From Gemmatimonadota bacterium (lineage in GTDB: Bacteria > Gemmatimonadota > Gemmatimonadetes > Palauibacterales > KS3-K002), in assembly GCA_039586795.1 (NCBI GenBank), contig JBDHJS010000002.1:32001-96000 (forward strand): a DNA stretch of 64,000 nucleotides. The letters run 5' to 3'. Shown here in pieces: positions 38,098 through 47,792 of this stretch. Each line of letters starts with the position of its first letter. Position 1 is the stretch's first letter. The notes beneath the pieces are model-generated. The model ran no database searches. It was not told where the DNA came from and saw nothing but the letters and a program-made list of their open reading frames with translations. The position numbers and the translations under genes are program-made.

Positions 38098-39471
38098 ATG
38101 GAGCTGACTGCCCAGGAAGCCTGGTCGAAAATCCTGGATAGCGCCAGAGCGAAGCTCGCTGAGCAGAGCTTTCGCACGTGGCTCGAACCCACTTCGGCTA
38201 TCGCCTTGTCCGCCGACCACCTCATTGTGGCCGTGACAAGCGATTTTGCTGTCGAGTGGATCGAGGACAAGTACGGCGAGCTCCTGAATGCCGAGGCGCG
38301 CGCCCTATTCGGGTCCTCCTTCTCTGTCAGCTTCGAGGTCCGTTCGGGCACGGATAAACAGACGCCCGTCATTCCGCCGATGCCGGTGGTTGGGCTAGAA
38401 GAATTACAAGACAGTGAAGCCACGGACCCACCGAGCGAGGTGCCGAGCGAGCCGGTAGTCGGCACGCTAAACGCGCGCTATACGCTCAGCAACTTCGTCG
38501 TCGGCAGCCATAACGAATTGGCGGCGGCGGCGTGCCAAGCGGTTGCTGACGCACCAGGGCGAGCGTACAACCCGCTCTTCATCTACGGTGGTGTGGGGCT
38601 CGGAAAGACCCACCTGATGCAGGCTATCGGGAACACGGTGCTTGCGAAATTCCCCGGAAGCCGCGTGGGCTACGTCCCGACCGAGCAATTCACCAACGAA
38701 CTCATCGCGGCTATCCAGGCACGTCAGACTTCTCAATTCCACACGCGCTACCGTCGCATCGATCTGCTCCTCGTCGACGACGCTCACTTCTTGGCCGGCA
38801 AAGAGGGGACCCAGGAAGAGTTTTTCCACACGTTCAATGCCCTTCACGACGCGCAGAAGCAGATCGTACTGACCAGTGACCGGCCACCGAAGGAGATCCC
38901 CGGACTCCAGGAGCGGCTCGTCTCTCGCTTTGAGTGGGGCCTGGTCACCGACATCAAGCCGCCGGACTTCGAGACCCGCGTTGCCATCCTGCGCTTCAAG
39001 GCCGAGCAAGATGGTCTGGCCTTAGACCAGGACGTTCTGACATTCATCGCCCAGCGTTGCCGATCATCGGTGCGTGAACTCGAGGGTGCGGTCATCAAGC
39101 TTCTTGCCTACGGGTCGCTAACCCGCAGGGAAATATCGCCGGAGCTGGCAGCGGAAGTGCTGGGTGGCGCGATGGGACCACTGGCTGATCTCAGCCCGGA
39201 GACAATCGAGGTTGCCGTGGCGGAGGCCTTTGGCGTCTCCACTGCAGACCTCTACTCAAAGAAACGCCAGCGTCGCGTGACCGACCCGCGTCAGGTCGCT
39301 ATGTACCTGGAGAAGGCCCTCTTGGACATGCCTTACACGAAGATCGGCGCTCGCTTTGGTGGACGGGATCACTCCACGGTCATCCACTCGATTCAAAAAG
39401 TCGAGCAGCAACTCGCGGACGACCCAGAATTCCGTCGACGCGTTGAAGACCTACGCAAGCGTTTCACGTGA
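38098..39471 (+). CDS. dnaA: Chromosomal replication initiator DnaA
   Basis: YNPLFIYGGVGLGKTHL, QEEFFHTFN, RLVSRF, RELEGA and GGRDHSTVIH motifs. Confidence 0.99.
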   Translation: MELTAQEAWSKILDSARAKLAEQSFRTWLEPTSAIALSADHLIVAVTSDFAVEWIEDKYGELLNAEARALFGSSFSVSFEVRSGTDKQTPVIPPMPVVGLEELQDSEATDPPSEVPSEPVVGTLNARYTLSNFVVGSHNELAAAACQAVADAPGRAYNPLFIYGGVGLGKTHLMQAIGNTVLAKFPGSRVGYVPTEQFTNELIAAIQARQTSQFHTRYRRIDLLLVDDAHFLAGKEGTQEEFFHTFNALHDAQKQIVLTSDRPPKEIPGLQERLVSRFEWGLVTDIKPPDFETRVAILRFKAEQDGLALDQDVLTFIAQRCRSSVRELEGAVIKLLAYGSLTRREISPELAAEVLGGAMGPLADLSPETIEVAVAEAFGVSTADLYSKKRQRRVTDPRQVAMYLEKALLDMPYTKIGARFGGRDHSTVIHSIQKVEQQLADDPEFRRRVEDLRKRFT

Positions 39472-39751
39472 CCGTTGAAGGCAATACCCATTTCCTGTGG
39501 AGAGGAATCCGACGTTGGGGATAACCAGAAACAAACCCACAGTCCTCCCAGCTCGGAGCGCCACATCCCCAATCTCATTTCCACATCCGTCATGTACTCT
39601 GCACCGGCACAAACGACGAACTTCTGCAGCTCAGATGGGCACTTGCCCACGAATCCACGCCCCTGCTACTACTACTGTTTAAATAGACCTAGATAGTTTT
39701 AGTATACTTAGTCCGGGGAAAACTGAAGCCCTCTCACGCTGGAGCCGAAGA
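39472..39751. other. oriC (dnaA-dnaN intergenic): DnaA boxes, DnaA-trios, AT-rich unwinding element
   Basis: TGGGGATAA 39516 and ATTTCCACA 39577; tandem TTGCCCACG/AATCCACG at about 39643-39659; CTACTACTACT 39666-39676; then AT-rich TTTAAATAG..TAGTTTTAGTATACTTAG. Confidence 0.85.
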
Positions 39752-40855
39752 ATGAAGGTCACGATCACTCGGGAGAACTTCCAGAAAGGCCTCTCTGCAG
39801 TGGCCGCAACGATCCCAACACGTACAACGCTGCCTGTTCTGTCGAACATCCTGGTTGAGACGGTTGAAGGCGGGCTGCGAGTCCGTGGGACGGACCTGGA
39901 TATCTCGGTTAGCGTACAGACCCCTGCCGAAGTCGAGCGGGAAGGAGCCATGACCGTTCCGGCTAAGAAGGTGGCGGAGATAGCACGCGAGCTTCCTGAT
40001 GCACCGGTGGAGCTCCAGTCGGACGGGGGCCGGGTCTCTTTGGTTTGTGGAAAGGCCCGCTTTAAGCTAAACAGCCTTCCTAGCGATGAGTATCCGTCGT
40101 TCCCCGAAGTACCGTTTAAGGAAGGATGGCGCCTCAGAAGTGGAGATCTGCAGCGTCTCAGTGGGCATACGAGCTTTGCCGTCTCTACAGAAGAGACGCG
40201 CCCGGTGCTGAACGGTGTTTTGTGGCAGCTGCGTGGCCCTGAAATGCTCATGGTGGCGACCAATGGTCACCGCTTGGCCAAGATGGGCGTGAAACTGGAG
40301 ACCGCTCCTTCGGGTGAAGATGATCTGATCGTCCCACCCAAAGCTCTCCAGCAAGTCGAAAAGCTGTTCGATGCGGCAGACGAGTTGGAGATCGCTCGTT
40401 CCGAGAGTCACCTCGGCTTCCGGACCGAGAGGGTGGAAGTCTTCACACGCCTCATCGAGGGCCCGTACCCGAACTACGAGCAGGTGCTGCCTCAAGACAA
40501 CGACAAGGAGTGCAATGCGGACCTGGCTGAGCTGACGGCTGTCTTGCGGCGCGTAGCCACCGTGGCCTCGGACCAAACGCACCGTGTGCGTCTGAAATTC
40601 ATGCCCGAGAGGCTGGGCATGACGGTTCAGACTCCGGACTTGGGCGAGGCTGAAGACGAGCTGCCGGTCGAGTATGCTGGACCGGAGGTCGAGATCGGGT
40701 TCAACGCGACGTATCTACTGGAAGTTTTGAGATACATTACGGGCGAGCAAGTGAAGATCACTCTATCTGCCCCGGAGCGCCCAGCGACGTTCGAGCCAGT
40801 GGACAGCGAGGACGACTACCTTTGTTTGGTGATGCCCCTGCGCCTGATGGAGTAG
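39752..40855 (+). CDS. dnaN: DNA polymerase III beta sliding clamp
   Basis: LPVLSNIL, VATNGHRL, RLIEGPYPNY, IGFNATYL and VMPLR motifs. Confidence 0.98.
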   Translation: MKVTITRENFQKGLSAVAATIPTRTTLPVLSNILVETVEGGLRVRGTDLDISVSVQTPAEVEREGAMTVPAKKVAEIARELPDAPVELQSDGGRVSLVCGKARFKLNSLPSDEYPSFPEVPFKEGWRLRSGDLQRLSGHTSFAVSTEETRPVLNGVLWQLRGPEMLMVATNGHRLAKMGVKLETAPSGEDDLIVPPKALQQVEKLFDAADELEIARSESHLGFRTERVEVFTRLIEGPYPNYEQVLPQDNDKECNADLAELTAVLRRVATVASDQTHRVRLKFMPERLGMTVQTPDLGEAEDELPVEYAGPEVEIGFNATYLLEVLRYITGEQVKITLSAPERPATFEPVDSEDDYLCLVMPLRLME

Positions 40856-40884
40856 GCGGGTTCGCCGTCTAGAGCAGGAAGAAA

Positions 40885-40916
40885 GAAGGCGGGGTCCGAG
40901 TTAGGGCCCCGCCTTC
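40885..40916. terminator. Hairpin/terminator between convergent dnaN and permease genes
   Basis: GAAGGCGGGG...CCCCGCCTTC stem. Confidence 0.65.
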
Positions 40917-40947
40917 ATCATAGCGAGCGTCAGACTCCGCTGGTGAA

Positions 40948-42153
40948 TTACTCGTAACGAAGTGCGACTATAGGGTCGAGCCGCGCCGCCCTCCTGGCAG
41001 GATAGATCCCGAAGAACAACCCGACTGCAGCCGAGAAACCAAAAGCGAGGACAATCGCCTGAGGAGCGACCGCCGTATTCCAGTTCGCGAAGTGGGTTAA
41101 GGCGATAGCCGACCCGGCGCCCACACCAAGCCCCAAGAACCCACCGAGCAGGCAAAGCGACAGCGCCTCGATGAGGAATTGGAAAAGGATGTTCCTGCGC
41201 GTCGCACCCATCGCCTTGCGGACTCCGATCTCACGCGTTCGCTCGGTCACCGAGACCAACATGATGTTCATGATCCCGATGCCACCCACCAAGAGGCTGA
41301 CTAAGGCAATGCCGGTCAGCAGCAAGGTGAAGGTCTGGGTCGTCTCTTGGAAGGTGCTCATCAGGTCCGCCCGGTTGCGGATCATGAAGTCGTTGTCTTC
41401 CCCAGGGCGCAGCTTGTGCTCGCGGCGGAGAATGCGCTCGGCCTCGACCATCGCCGCATCGATCTGCTCGGCTGAAGTTGCCACGATGGTGATGTTGTTC
41501 AGGCGGTCGCTTCCGCTCATGCGATAGCGGGCCGTGGTAAGCGGTATGACAGCGCGATCGTCGACGCTGTTGTGGCCGCTCAGCCCCGATGGCTCCAGCA
41601 CACCGATGACCTTGAAAGGTATCCCGCGGATTCGGATCGTCTGGCCGACGATATCCAAAGCCGTTCTTCCAAGCACCGCCGGCAGCTCCGATCCAAGCAC
41701 GGCGACGGTCCTGCGCGCGACTACGTCCGCGTGACTGAAGAAGCGGCCGGCATCGAGTTGGGCGTTCTGGACATCGAAATACTCGGGGACGGTGCCGGTG
41801 ATCTCGGCGGAGGCGTTCCGGTTCAGCAACTCGACCTGCAGGTCGATCTCCGATTCGGGGACGACGGCCGAGAGCGTCGTGGCGTCACGCTCCAGGGCCT
41901 CGTAGTCCTCGATCCCGATGAAGTTGCCGCCCATGCCAACGCCCCGGTGGTGACCCCAGCCGGAGGAGATCGTGAGTTGGTTGGAGCCCAGCTGCTCGAT
42001 CTGAGCCTGCACGGCACGCTGCGCGCCTTCGCCCATGGCGACTACTGTTATGACGGCGCCGACGCCGATGATGATGCCCAGCATCGTCAGGAGCGAGCGC
42101 AGCTTGTGTACGTGCAGCGCGGCGAGTGCGACCTTGAACGTTTCCCATAGCAT
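40948..42153 (-). CDS. MacB/FtsX-family ABC transporter permease
   Basis: RSLLTMLGIIIGV, GGIGIMNIMLVSVTERTREIGVRKAMGA and PARRAARLDPIVALRYE. Confidence 0.95.
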   Translation of the reverse strand: MLWETFKVALAALHVHKLRSLLTMLGIIIGVGAVITVVAMGEGAQRAVQAQIEQLGSNQLTISSGWGHHRGVGMGGNFIGIEDYEALERDATTLSAVVPESEIDLQVELLNRNASAEITGTVPEYFDVQNAQLDAGRFFSHADVVARRTVAVLGSELPAVLGRTALDIVGQTIRIRGIPFKVIGVLEPSGLSGHNSVDDRAVIPLTTARYRMSGSDRLNNITIVATSAEQIDAAMVEAERILRREHKLRPGEDNDFMIRNRADLMSTFQETTQTFTLLLTGIALVSLLVGGIGIMNIMLVSVTERTREIGVRKAMGATRRNILFQFLIEALSLCLLGGFLGLGVGAGSAIALTHFANWNTAVAPQAIVLAFGFSAAVGLFFGIYPARRAARLDPIVALRYE

Positions 42154-42180
42154 CGGTCGGTCTCCGCTTTTGGGGTCGCC

Positions 42181-43389
42181 CTACTCGTAGCGTAGGGCGA
42201 CGATCGGATCCAACGACGCGGCGCGCCGCGCCGGGTAGATCCCGAAGAAGAGTCCCACGCCAGCCGAGAAGCCCACCGCCAGCCCGATCGCTGCCGGCGC
42301 CACGGCGGTATTCCAGTTGGCGAAGTGGGACAGAGCCATGGCGGCGCCGGCACCGGCCAGCAGGCCGAACAGGCCACCGATCATGCACAGCGTTAGCGCT
42401 TCGATCAGGAACTGGAAGAGGATGTTACGCCGCGTGGCGCCCATCGCCTTGCGCACGCCGATCTCCCGCGTCCGCTCGGTTACCGAGACCAACATGATGT
42501 TCATGATCCCGATGCCGCCCACCATCAGGCTGACCAGGGCGATGCCGGCCAGCAGGATTGAAAAGGTCCGGGTCGTTTCCTCGAAGGTCGAGAGCAAATC
42601 CGTCCGATTGCGGATCGAGAAATCGTTATCCTGGCCGGGCCGCAGCTGGTGTTCGCGACGCACGATGCGCTCGATCTCGACCAGTGCGGCGTCCATGTGC
42701 TCTGTCCCCGCGACCTCGACGGTGATCGAGTTCAGCCGGTCGCTGCCACTGATACGGTACTGCGCAGTGGAAATAGGGATAATCAGTCGGTCGTCAACGC
42801 TGTAAAACCCTTGTTGCCCGGAAGGCTTGAGCACGCCGACTACCTCGAAGGGGATGGCGCGGATGCGAATGGTCTGTCCGACGAGCAGGTCCGCTGTCGT
42901 GCCGAGGCGTACCGGAAGCTCGGAGCCGACGACGGCGACGGTCTTGCGTGCGATCATGTCCGAATTGTTGAGGAAACGGCCGTAGTCGATGTCCATCTTC
43001 CGAACGTCAATGAACTCGGGTGTGGTGCCCACGACCTGGGAGTTGACGTTGTTGTTCCGGAGCTCGACTTGGAGCCGGCTCGACATCTCGGGGACCACGG
43101 CCGTGGCGAATGTCGCTTCCGCACTTAGAGCCTCATAGTCATCGGTTCCAATGAACGTGCTCCCCGCCGCACCGACCCCGCGCCACCAGCGGTAGCCCGA
43201 CTGGACCGTCAACTGGTTCGTGCCAAGCTGTTCGATCTGGGCCTTCACGGCGCGTTGCGCGCCCTCGCCCATGGCGACGACAGTGATCACCGCGCCGACG
43301 CCGATGATGATCCCCAGCATGGTGAGGAACGAGCGCATCTTGTTGGCGCGCAGCGCTTGTACAGCGACTTTGATCGTCTCCCACATCAT
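42181..43389 (-). CDS. MacB/FtsX-family ABC transporter permease (tandem paralog)
   Basis: Same motifs as the adjacent permease. Confidence 0.95.
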   Translation of the reverse strand: MMWETIKVAVQALRANKMRSFLTMLGIIIGVGAVITVVAMGEGAQRAVKAQIEQLGTNQLTVQSGYRWWRGVGAAGSTFIGTDDYEALSAEATFATAVVPEMSSRLQVELRNNNVNSQVVGTTPEFIDVRKMDIDYGRFLNNSDMIARKTVAVVGSELPVRLGTTADLLVGQTIRIRAIPFEVVGVLKPSGQQGFYSVDDRLIIPISTAQYRISGSDRLNSITVEVAGTEHMDAALVEIERIVRREHQLRPGQDNDFSIRNRTDLLSTFEETTRTFSILLAGIALVSLMVGGIGIMNIMLVSVTERTREIGVRKAMGATRRNILFQFLIEALTLCMIGGLFGLLAGAGAAMALSHFANWNTAVAPAAIGLAVGFSAGVGLFFGIYPARRAASLDPIVALRYE

Positions 43390-43394
43390 AGGGC

Positions 43395-44807
43395 TTAGTT
43401 ACTCCTCATTCCGGGTACGCCGCTGCCGCGGAAGCGCTGGTAGCGCTCGAGCAGCTGGACTTGGTCACGCAACAAGGAGGCGGTGGGCAGAAGCGCCACC
43501 GAGTCACCGGGCTGCAGACCTGAGACCACGTGGATGTCTTCCCAGTCCGTCACACCTACGCGGACCGGAACCGGCACGAGCTGACCGTCGCGCATGACGA
43601 ATACCACACCGGGCATCGGTGCACCCGCTCGCTGCTGCTGCTCACGCTGCTCTCGCATTCTCTGGAACTGCTCGCGCATCTGCTGCATTTCTTGCGGCGT
43701 CATCTGGCCGCTCTGGAAGCGCTCGCGGATCGAGTCGCGCTGCGCCTGCGTCATGCGGCCCATGCCGCCGCCCATCCCATCGCCGGTCGTCGCGGGACCA
43801 TCGCCGTTAGAGCCGGCCTCTTGCGGCGTATTCTCCTCCAGCAGGCGCTGGAAAACCTCGGCGTCGATGCCCAGCGCCAGCTCCGCGACTTCCTGTGCGT
43901 CGTCTGAGGGATGCACGGCTTGGGTCGGTACGGTGGTCGCGTTCTCGGCCCGTGCAACCTGGATGGTCACCTCAGCGCTCATCCCAGGCTTTAGCAACCC
44001 TTCGCGGTTGTCGATCCGGATGATCACCGGGAACATCGTGACATTCTGCGTGACGGTGGCTTGCGGCTCGATCTTCAGCACCCGACCCTGGAAGCTGCGG
44101 TCCCGAAACGCCTCAACGGCGATCTCGGCCGGCAGCTCGGGCTCGACGCGGCCGATGTCGGTCTCATCCACCAACGTCCGGACCTGCACCTCGGCCAGGT
44201 CCGCCATGTTCATGAGGACCGTGCCGCCACCGACCACTTGCGTGGCGGACGAAATCACCTGGCCTGGCTCGACCAGACGCTGGATGATGATACCGTTGAT
44301 CGGCGCGCGGATCGTCGTCTCTGACATCCGCTCGCGCGCGATCTCGAGGCTGGCCTCGGCGCGGACCAGCTGAGCCTTTGCGTTGGCGTGCTCCAGCTCC
44401 GCCTGCTCGAAGTCCTGCTCGGAGATGATCTCCGACTCCATCATCGTGTTAGCGCGCTCGAGCTGTGACTCGGCGATCTTGAGTCGCGCCCGGGCCACCT
44501 CGAGATCGGCTTCGGCCTGGTTTAGCGTCTGACGTGCGTCTTTCTGCTCGACCTGAACCAGCAGGTCGCCTTGCTCGACGTAGTCACCGCTCTCCACGGG
44601 GATCGAGAGGATTTCCCCGGACGCTTTCGATTTGACCTCTACCGTGGTGACGGGCTCGACGACGCCCGCGGCTTCGGCTGAAATGGCGAGCGTCTTCTGC
44701 TGTGCGGCCACGACCTGGAACGGGCGACCCTCTTCCTGCTCCGCACAGGCGGCGGTCAGCAACACCGCCAGCAACCCGCTCAGCGCGACGTAGTTCCTTG
44801 CACTCAT
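43395..44807 (-). CDS. MacA-like periplasmic adaptor (membrane fusion) lipoprotein
   Basis: Lipobox TAAC; VEVKSKASG, IRAPING, VDETDIG and LKPGMSA motifs. Confidence 0.93.
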   Translation of the reverse strand: MSARNYVALSGLLAVLLTAACAEQEEGRPFQVVAAQQKTLAISAEAAGVVEPVTTVEVKSKASGEILSIPVESGDYVEQGDLLVQVEQKDARQTLNQAEADLEVARARLKIAESQLERANTMMESEIISEQDFEQAELEHANAKAQLVRAEASLEIARERMSETTIRAPINGIIIQRLVEPGQVISSATQVVGGGTVLMNMADLAEVQVRTLVDETDIGRVEPELPAEIAVEAFRDRSFQGRVLKIEPQATVTQNVTMFPVIIRIDNREGLLKPGMSAEVTIQVARAENATTVPTQAVHPSDDAQEVAELALGIDAEVFQRLLEENTPQEAGSNGDGPATTGDGMGGGMGRMTQAQRDSIRERFQSGQMTPQEMQQMREQFQRMREQREQQQRAGAPMPGVVFVMRDGQLVPVPVRVGVTDWEDIHVVSGLQPGDSVALLPTASLLRDQVQLLERYQRFRGSGVPGMRSN

Positions 44808-44813
44808 GATCTA

Positions 44814-45218
44814 TTATCTTCCTCTTCTGCCGTGACGGCGCTCGGCTTCCTCCGCCAGCAGCGCCTCGTACACCTCGAGCTGCTCGTCCGAAAGGACCGC
44901 GCGGATATCAGCTCGCAGTTGCGTTTTGAACTCCTCGAACCGGGGGCGCATCTCCTTCCACTGGTCCGACACCCGTTCCCGGTAGCGTTCGACCAGCACC
45001 TCTATTTCTGACCGCTGTCCCTCGGTCAGTGTCAGTTCTTCCGCGAGCCAGTCGATGTAGCTGCGCCGCTGGTCTCGATCGCCGTCTCGTCGGTCTCGGT
45101 TCTCTACGGTCCCGCGATTGCTGACGAACATTCGGTCGATCGCCGCACCCGCTACGCCGCCCATCAGCAGCACGACGAGCAACAGGGTCAGCGCCCACGC
45201 TTTAGACTTCCCAATCAT
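44814..45218 (-). CDS. Membrane-anchored periplasmic Spy/CpxP-like helical protein
   Basis: N-terminal TM; LTLTEGQR and VLSDEQ (LTxxQ-like) motifs. Confidence 0.65.
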   Translation of the reverse strand: MIGKSKAWALTLLLVVLLMGGVAGAAIDRMFVSNRGTVENRDRRDGDRDQRRSYIDWLAEELTLTEGQRSEIEVLVERYRERVSDQWKEMRPRFEEFKTQLRADIRAVLSDEQLEVYEALLAEEAERRHGRRGR

Positions 45219-45640
45219 TGTCCTTCACCTGAATCGTCGGGAACGCGTCCACCGTTCCCATTCTGGAGAAGAGCCGCCGCCATCACCGCATCGGTGTCCG
45301 GCTCGTTAATAGCTACCAACAAAGCAGGAACATCACCCGCCTCACCGGAGGCGAGCACGTCCTCGAGAGTGACCGGCTGAATCTCCGACGACCGGTCGGG
45401 TCCGAATTGAAGCGCCGCCGCGAACACGAGTAGCGCGACGCTCGCCGCCACGAGACCCGGTCGGGCCCACGCCGCCAGAATCTCGAATGACGTCGCCGGG
45501 CGAGCACGTCGTTCCAGCAACGGCTCGGCCGCCGCCAGGATGCGCGCCTGCGCCGCCTGGCGCTGTGCTTCCGAGCGGTTCGGCGCCCTCAGCGCATCGA
45601 GCCCTTCGATCGGCTGGTTTTCGTGTTCTGGGGCCATCAT
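45215..45640 (-). CDS. Putative single-TM anti-sigma factor
   Basis: Directly follows the ECF sigma gene; one TM helix. Confidence 0.55.
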   Translation of the reverse strand: MMAPEHENQPIEGLDALRAPNRSEAQRQAAQARILAAAEPLLERRARPATSFEILAAWARPGLVAASVALLVFAAALQFGPDRSSEIQPVTLEDVLASGEAGDVPALLVAINEPDTDAVMAAALLQNGNGGRVPDDSGEGQ

Positions 45641-45653
45641 TTCACCTCTTCGA

Positions 45654-46217
45654 TTACCGTTGGTACTCCTTCAGCGCCTCTCTCAGCATCCGGCGGGCGC
45701 GGGAGAGGTGTGACCGGCACGTCCCCTCCGGGATGCCGAGCACTTTTGCGATCTCGGGGTGCGTGAAACCCTCCAGGTCATGGAGGACCACCACCGTCTC
45801 GAGATCATCGGGCAGCGAGCTCACCGCTGCGGCCAAACGGCCGCGCAACTCCGCCCGCTCCGTATCGACCGCCGGGCTGTCAGGCCCTGAGGCCGACGCC
45901 GGCACGTCCTCGGTGCGCCGGCGGGCCAGGTACTTCCGTCGGTTGAGCGCCGCGTTCACCAGTAGCCGGTAGAACCACGGCCCGAAGTTGCTGCCCCGAC
46001 CCAGCTTGTCGATCCGCTCCAGCGCCCGGATGAACGCATCCTGGACCAGGTCCTCGGAGTCCTCGGCGTGCTGGAGAAACCCATAGGCGACGGCGAAAGC
46101 CTGCTCGGAATAGCGATCCACGAGGATGCCAAAGGCCTCCCGGTCACCCCGGCGCACGCGCTCGACGAGCAGCGGCTCGTCGATGACCGGAGTCTGGCCC
46201 TCACCCGTGGCGTCCAT
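45654..46217 (-). CDS. ECF RNA polymerase sigma factor
   Basis: GDREAFGILVDRY, EDLVQDAF, FGPWFYR; region 4 EIAKVLGIPEGTCRSHLSRAR. ATG start at 46217. Confidence 0.95.
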   Translation of the reverse strand: MDATGEGQTPVIDEPLLVERVRRGDREAFGILVDRYSEQAFAVAYGFLQHAEDSEDLVQDAFIRALERIDKLGRGSNFGPWFYRLLVNAALNRRKYLARRRTEDVPASASGPDSPAVDTERAELRGRLAAAVSSLPDDLETVVVLHDLEGFTHPEIAKVLGIPEGTCRSHLSRARRMLREALKEYQR

Positions 46218-46316
46218 CGCCCTCGCAGTGCTAACACTTGAGCGGCTGGGAGCGTTGGCCCGTTCCGGGCCGCCACTCCGGTTGCCTGGTTTGACGAAAA
46301 GTCTAGCTTGAAGGAT

Positions 46317-46598
46317 ATGGCAACGCAGCCTACAGGCCACCCCCGGGCCCGGGATGACGTGATGTTTCGTCAGGTGGACGATGAGTGGGTTGTGTTCGAT
46401 CCAGCTGCGAACGACCTCCACGTCCTCAACCTCTCCGCGGCCCTGATCTGGAGCCACCTGACCGGCGACTGTTCGGAGGCAGACATCGCTGCCGCCGTTC
46501 AGGAGGCCTTTGGCATCGAGCCGCAGCAGGCGGAATCCGACGTTCGGGAGGCGCTAGGGCGGTTCCGAAGCGCCGGGCTGTTGGCCGGCGACGCCTGA
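46317..46598 (+). CDS. PqqD family RiPP-recognition element (peptide chaperone)
   Basis: FRQVDDEWVVFD..LHVLNLSAALIWSHL..IAAAVQEAFGIE..DVREALGRFRSAGLL is a typical PqqD beta3-alpha3 pattern. Confidence 0.9.
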   Translation: MATQPTGHPRARDDVMFRQVDDEWVVFDPAANDLHVLNLSAALIWSHLTGDCSEADIAAAVQEAFGIEPQQAESDVREALGRFRSAGLLAGDA

Positions 46599-46619
46599 GA
46601 CCGTCCGCCGAACCGGGCG

Positions 46620-47792
46620 ATGAGCACCCACGATTATCGCGATTTCTTGTCCGACGCCCCCCGCGTCGATGCTTACCGGCGTGCGATACAGTCCACCGTG
46701 AAGCCGGGCGACGTCGTGCTCGACGTGGGAACGGGGATCGGGACGTACGCGATGTTCGCGGCACGGGCGGGCGCCAGGGTCCTGGCCGTCGAGATGGATC
46801 CGGTGATCGATACCGCCCGGGAGCTTGCGGCGGAGAACGGCCTCGACGACCGCATCGTCTTCCTGCGAGGTCGCGTCGAGGAGCTCGAGCCACCGGAGCC
46901 GGCCGACGTTCTGATCTTCGAGGACTTCTCCCCCTTTCTCTATCACTCGGATACGTCGCGCCTGCTCGATCGGGTGGCCAGCCGTTGGCTCAAGTCGTCG
47001 GCGACGTCGATTCCCCGATCGCTGAGGGCGATCACAGCGCCGGTCAGCTGCCCGACCGCGTACGGCGCAATCGCGCCATGGGGAGACGGAAAGGCGTTCG
47101 GGCTCGATGTCGGCCGGTTTTCGCGACAACTCTTCAACGAGTTACATCCGGTTGTATTCGACCCCAAGGTCATCCTGGCTGACCCTCTGGAAGCGGGCCG
47201 CGTCGAGCTGCCGTCCGCCGATCCGTTCGGCCTGGACGTGTCGGTCGGCTGGCAGGCGGATCGGGAGGCGGAGCTGCACGGTCTCGGGCTTTGGATCGAT
47301 CTCGAGCTGGCAGAAGGTGTGACATTCTCCAACGCCCCGAGGGGCCTTTCCACCGGCTGGGATCAGCGCCTACTGCCTCTGGCTGAGCCGATTGAAGTCC
47401 TGGCCGGCGATGCTATCGAGGCGCAGGTTCGGACGATGGGCCCCGCTCCTCGGGAACCGGAGTGGTGGAGTTGGCGGGTATCGGCCGGTGGCCGGACGCA
47501 AGAGATGAACACGTTCAAAGGCCTACCGTTGTCGAAGGCACAACTGCGACAGGCTGGAGTAGATCGACGGCCGAACCTCGGCGCCCGCGGCAAGATCCGA
47601 CTCGCGGTTCTGGAACTCATGGATGGGCGCCATTCAGTCGCCCAGATCGCTGGGGAGCTGAGGGAACGTTTTCCGGATCTGCTGAGTACCGATGCAGAGG
47701 CCTTGCGCGCGGTTGCGCGGGAGATAAGGCTCAACGAGGATCCCGCCTCCACCCAGGCGCGCGACACGCCAGGAACGAGCACGGAAAGATGA
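46620..47792 (+). CDS. PRMT-fold class I SAM methyltransferase with C-terminal winged-helix/RRE-like domain
   Basis: D..R..AY helix; VLDVGTGIG; LAVE; DVLIFE; GLGLWIDLEL..FSNAP..TGWDQ beta-barrel (THW-loop analogue); C-terminal LELMDGRHSVAQIAGEL. Confidence 0.85.
   Translation: MSTHDYRDFLSDAPRVDAYRRAIQSTVKPGDVVLDVGTGIGTYAMFAARAGARVLAVEMDPVIDTARELAAENGLDDRIVFLRGRVEELEPPEPADVLIFEDFSPFLYHSDTSRLLDRVASRWLKSSATSIPRSLRAITAPVSCPTAYGAIAPWGDGKAFGLDVGRFSRQLFNELHPVVFDPKVILADPLEAGRVELPSADPFGLDVSVGWQADREAELHGLGLWIDLELAEGVTFSNAPRGLSTGWDQRLLPLAEPIEVLAGDAIEAQVRTMGPAPREPEWWSWRVSAGGRTQEMNTFKGLPLSKAQLRQAGVDRRPNLGARGKIRLAVLELMDGRHSVAQIAGELRERFPDLLSTDAEALRAVAREIRLNEDPASTQARDTPGTSTER

Noticed and set aside
47462..47788. 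N-terminal 109 aa of the 192-aa ORF 47462..48040
   Set aside because: Out-of-frame overlap with the methyltransferase and low-complexity Arg/Gly sequence; the likely real start is the coupled ATG at 47789.
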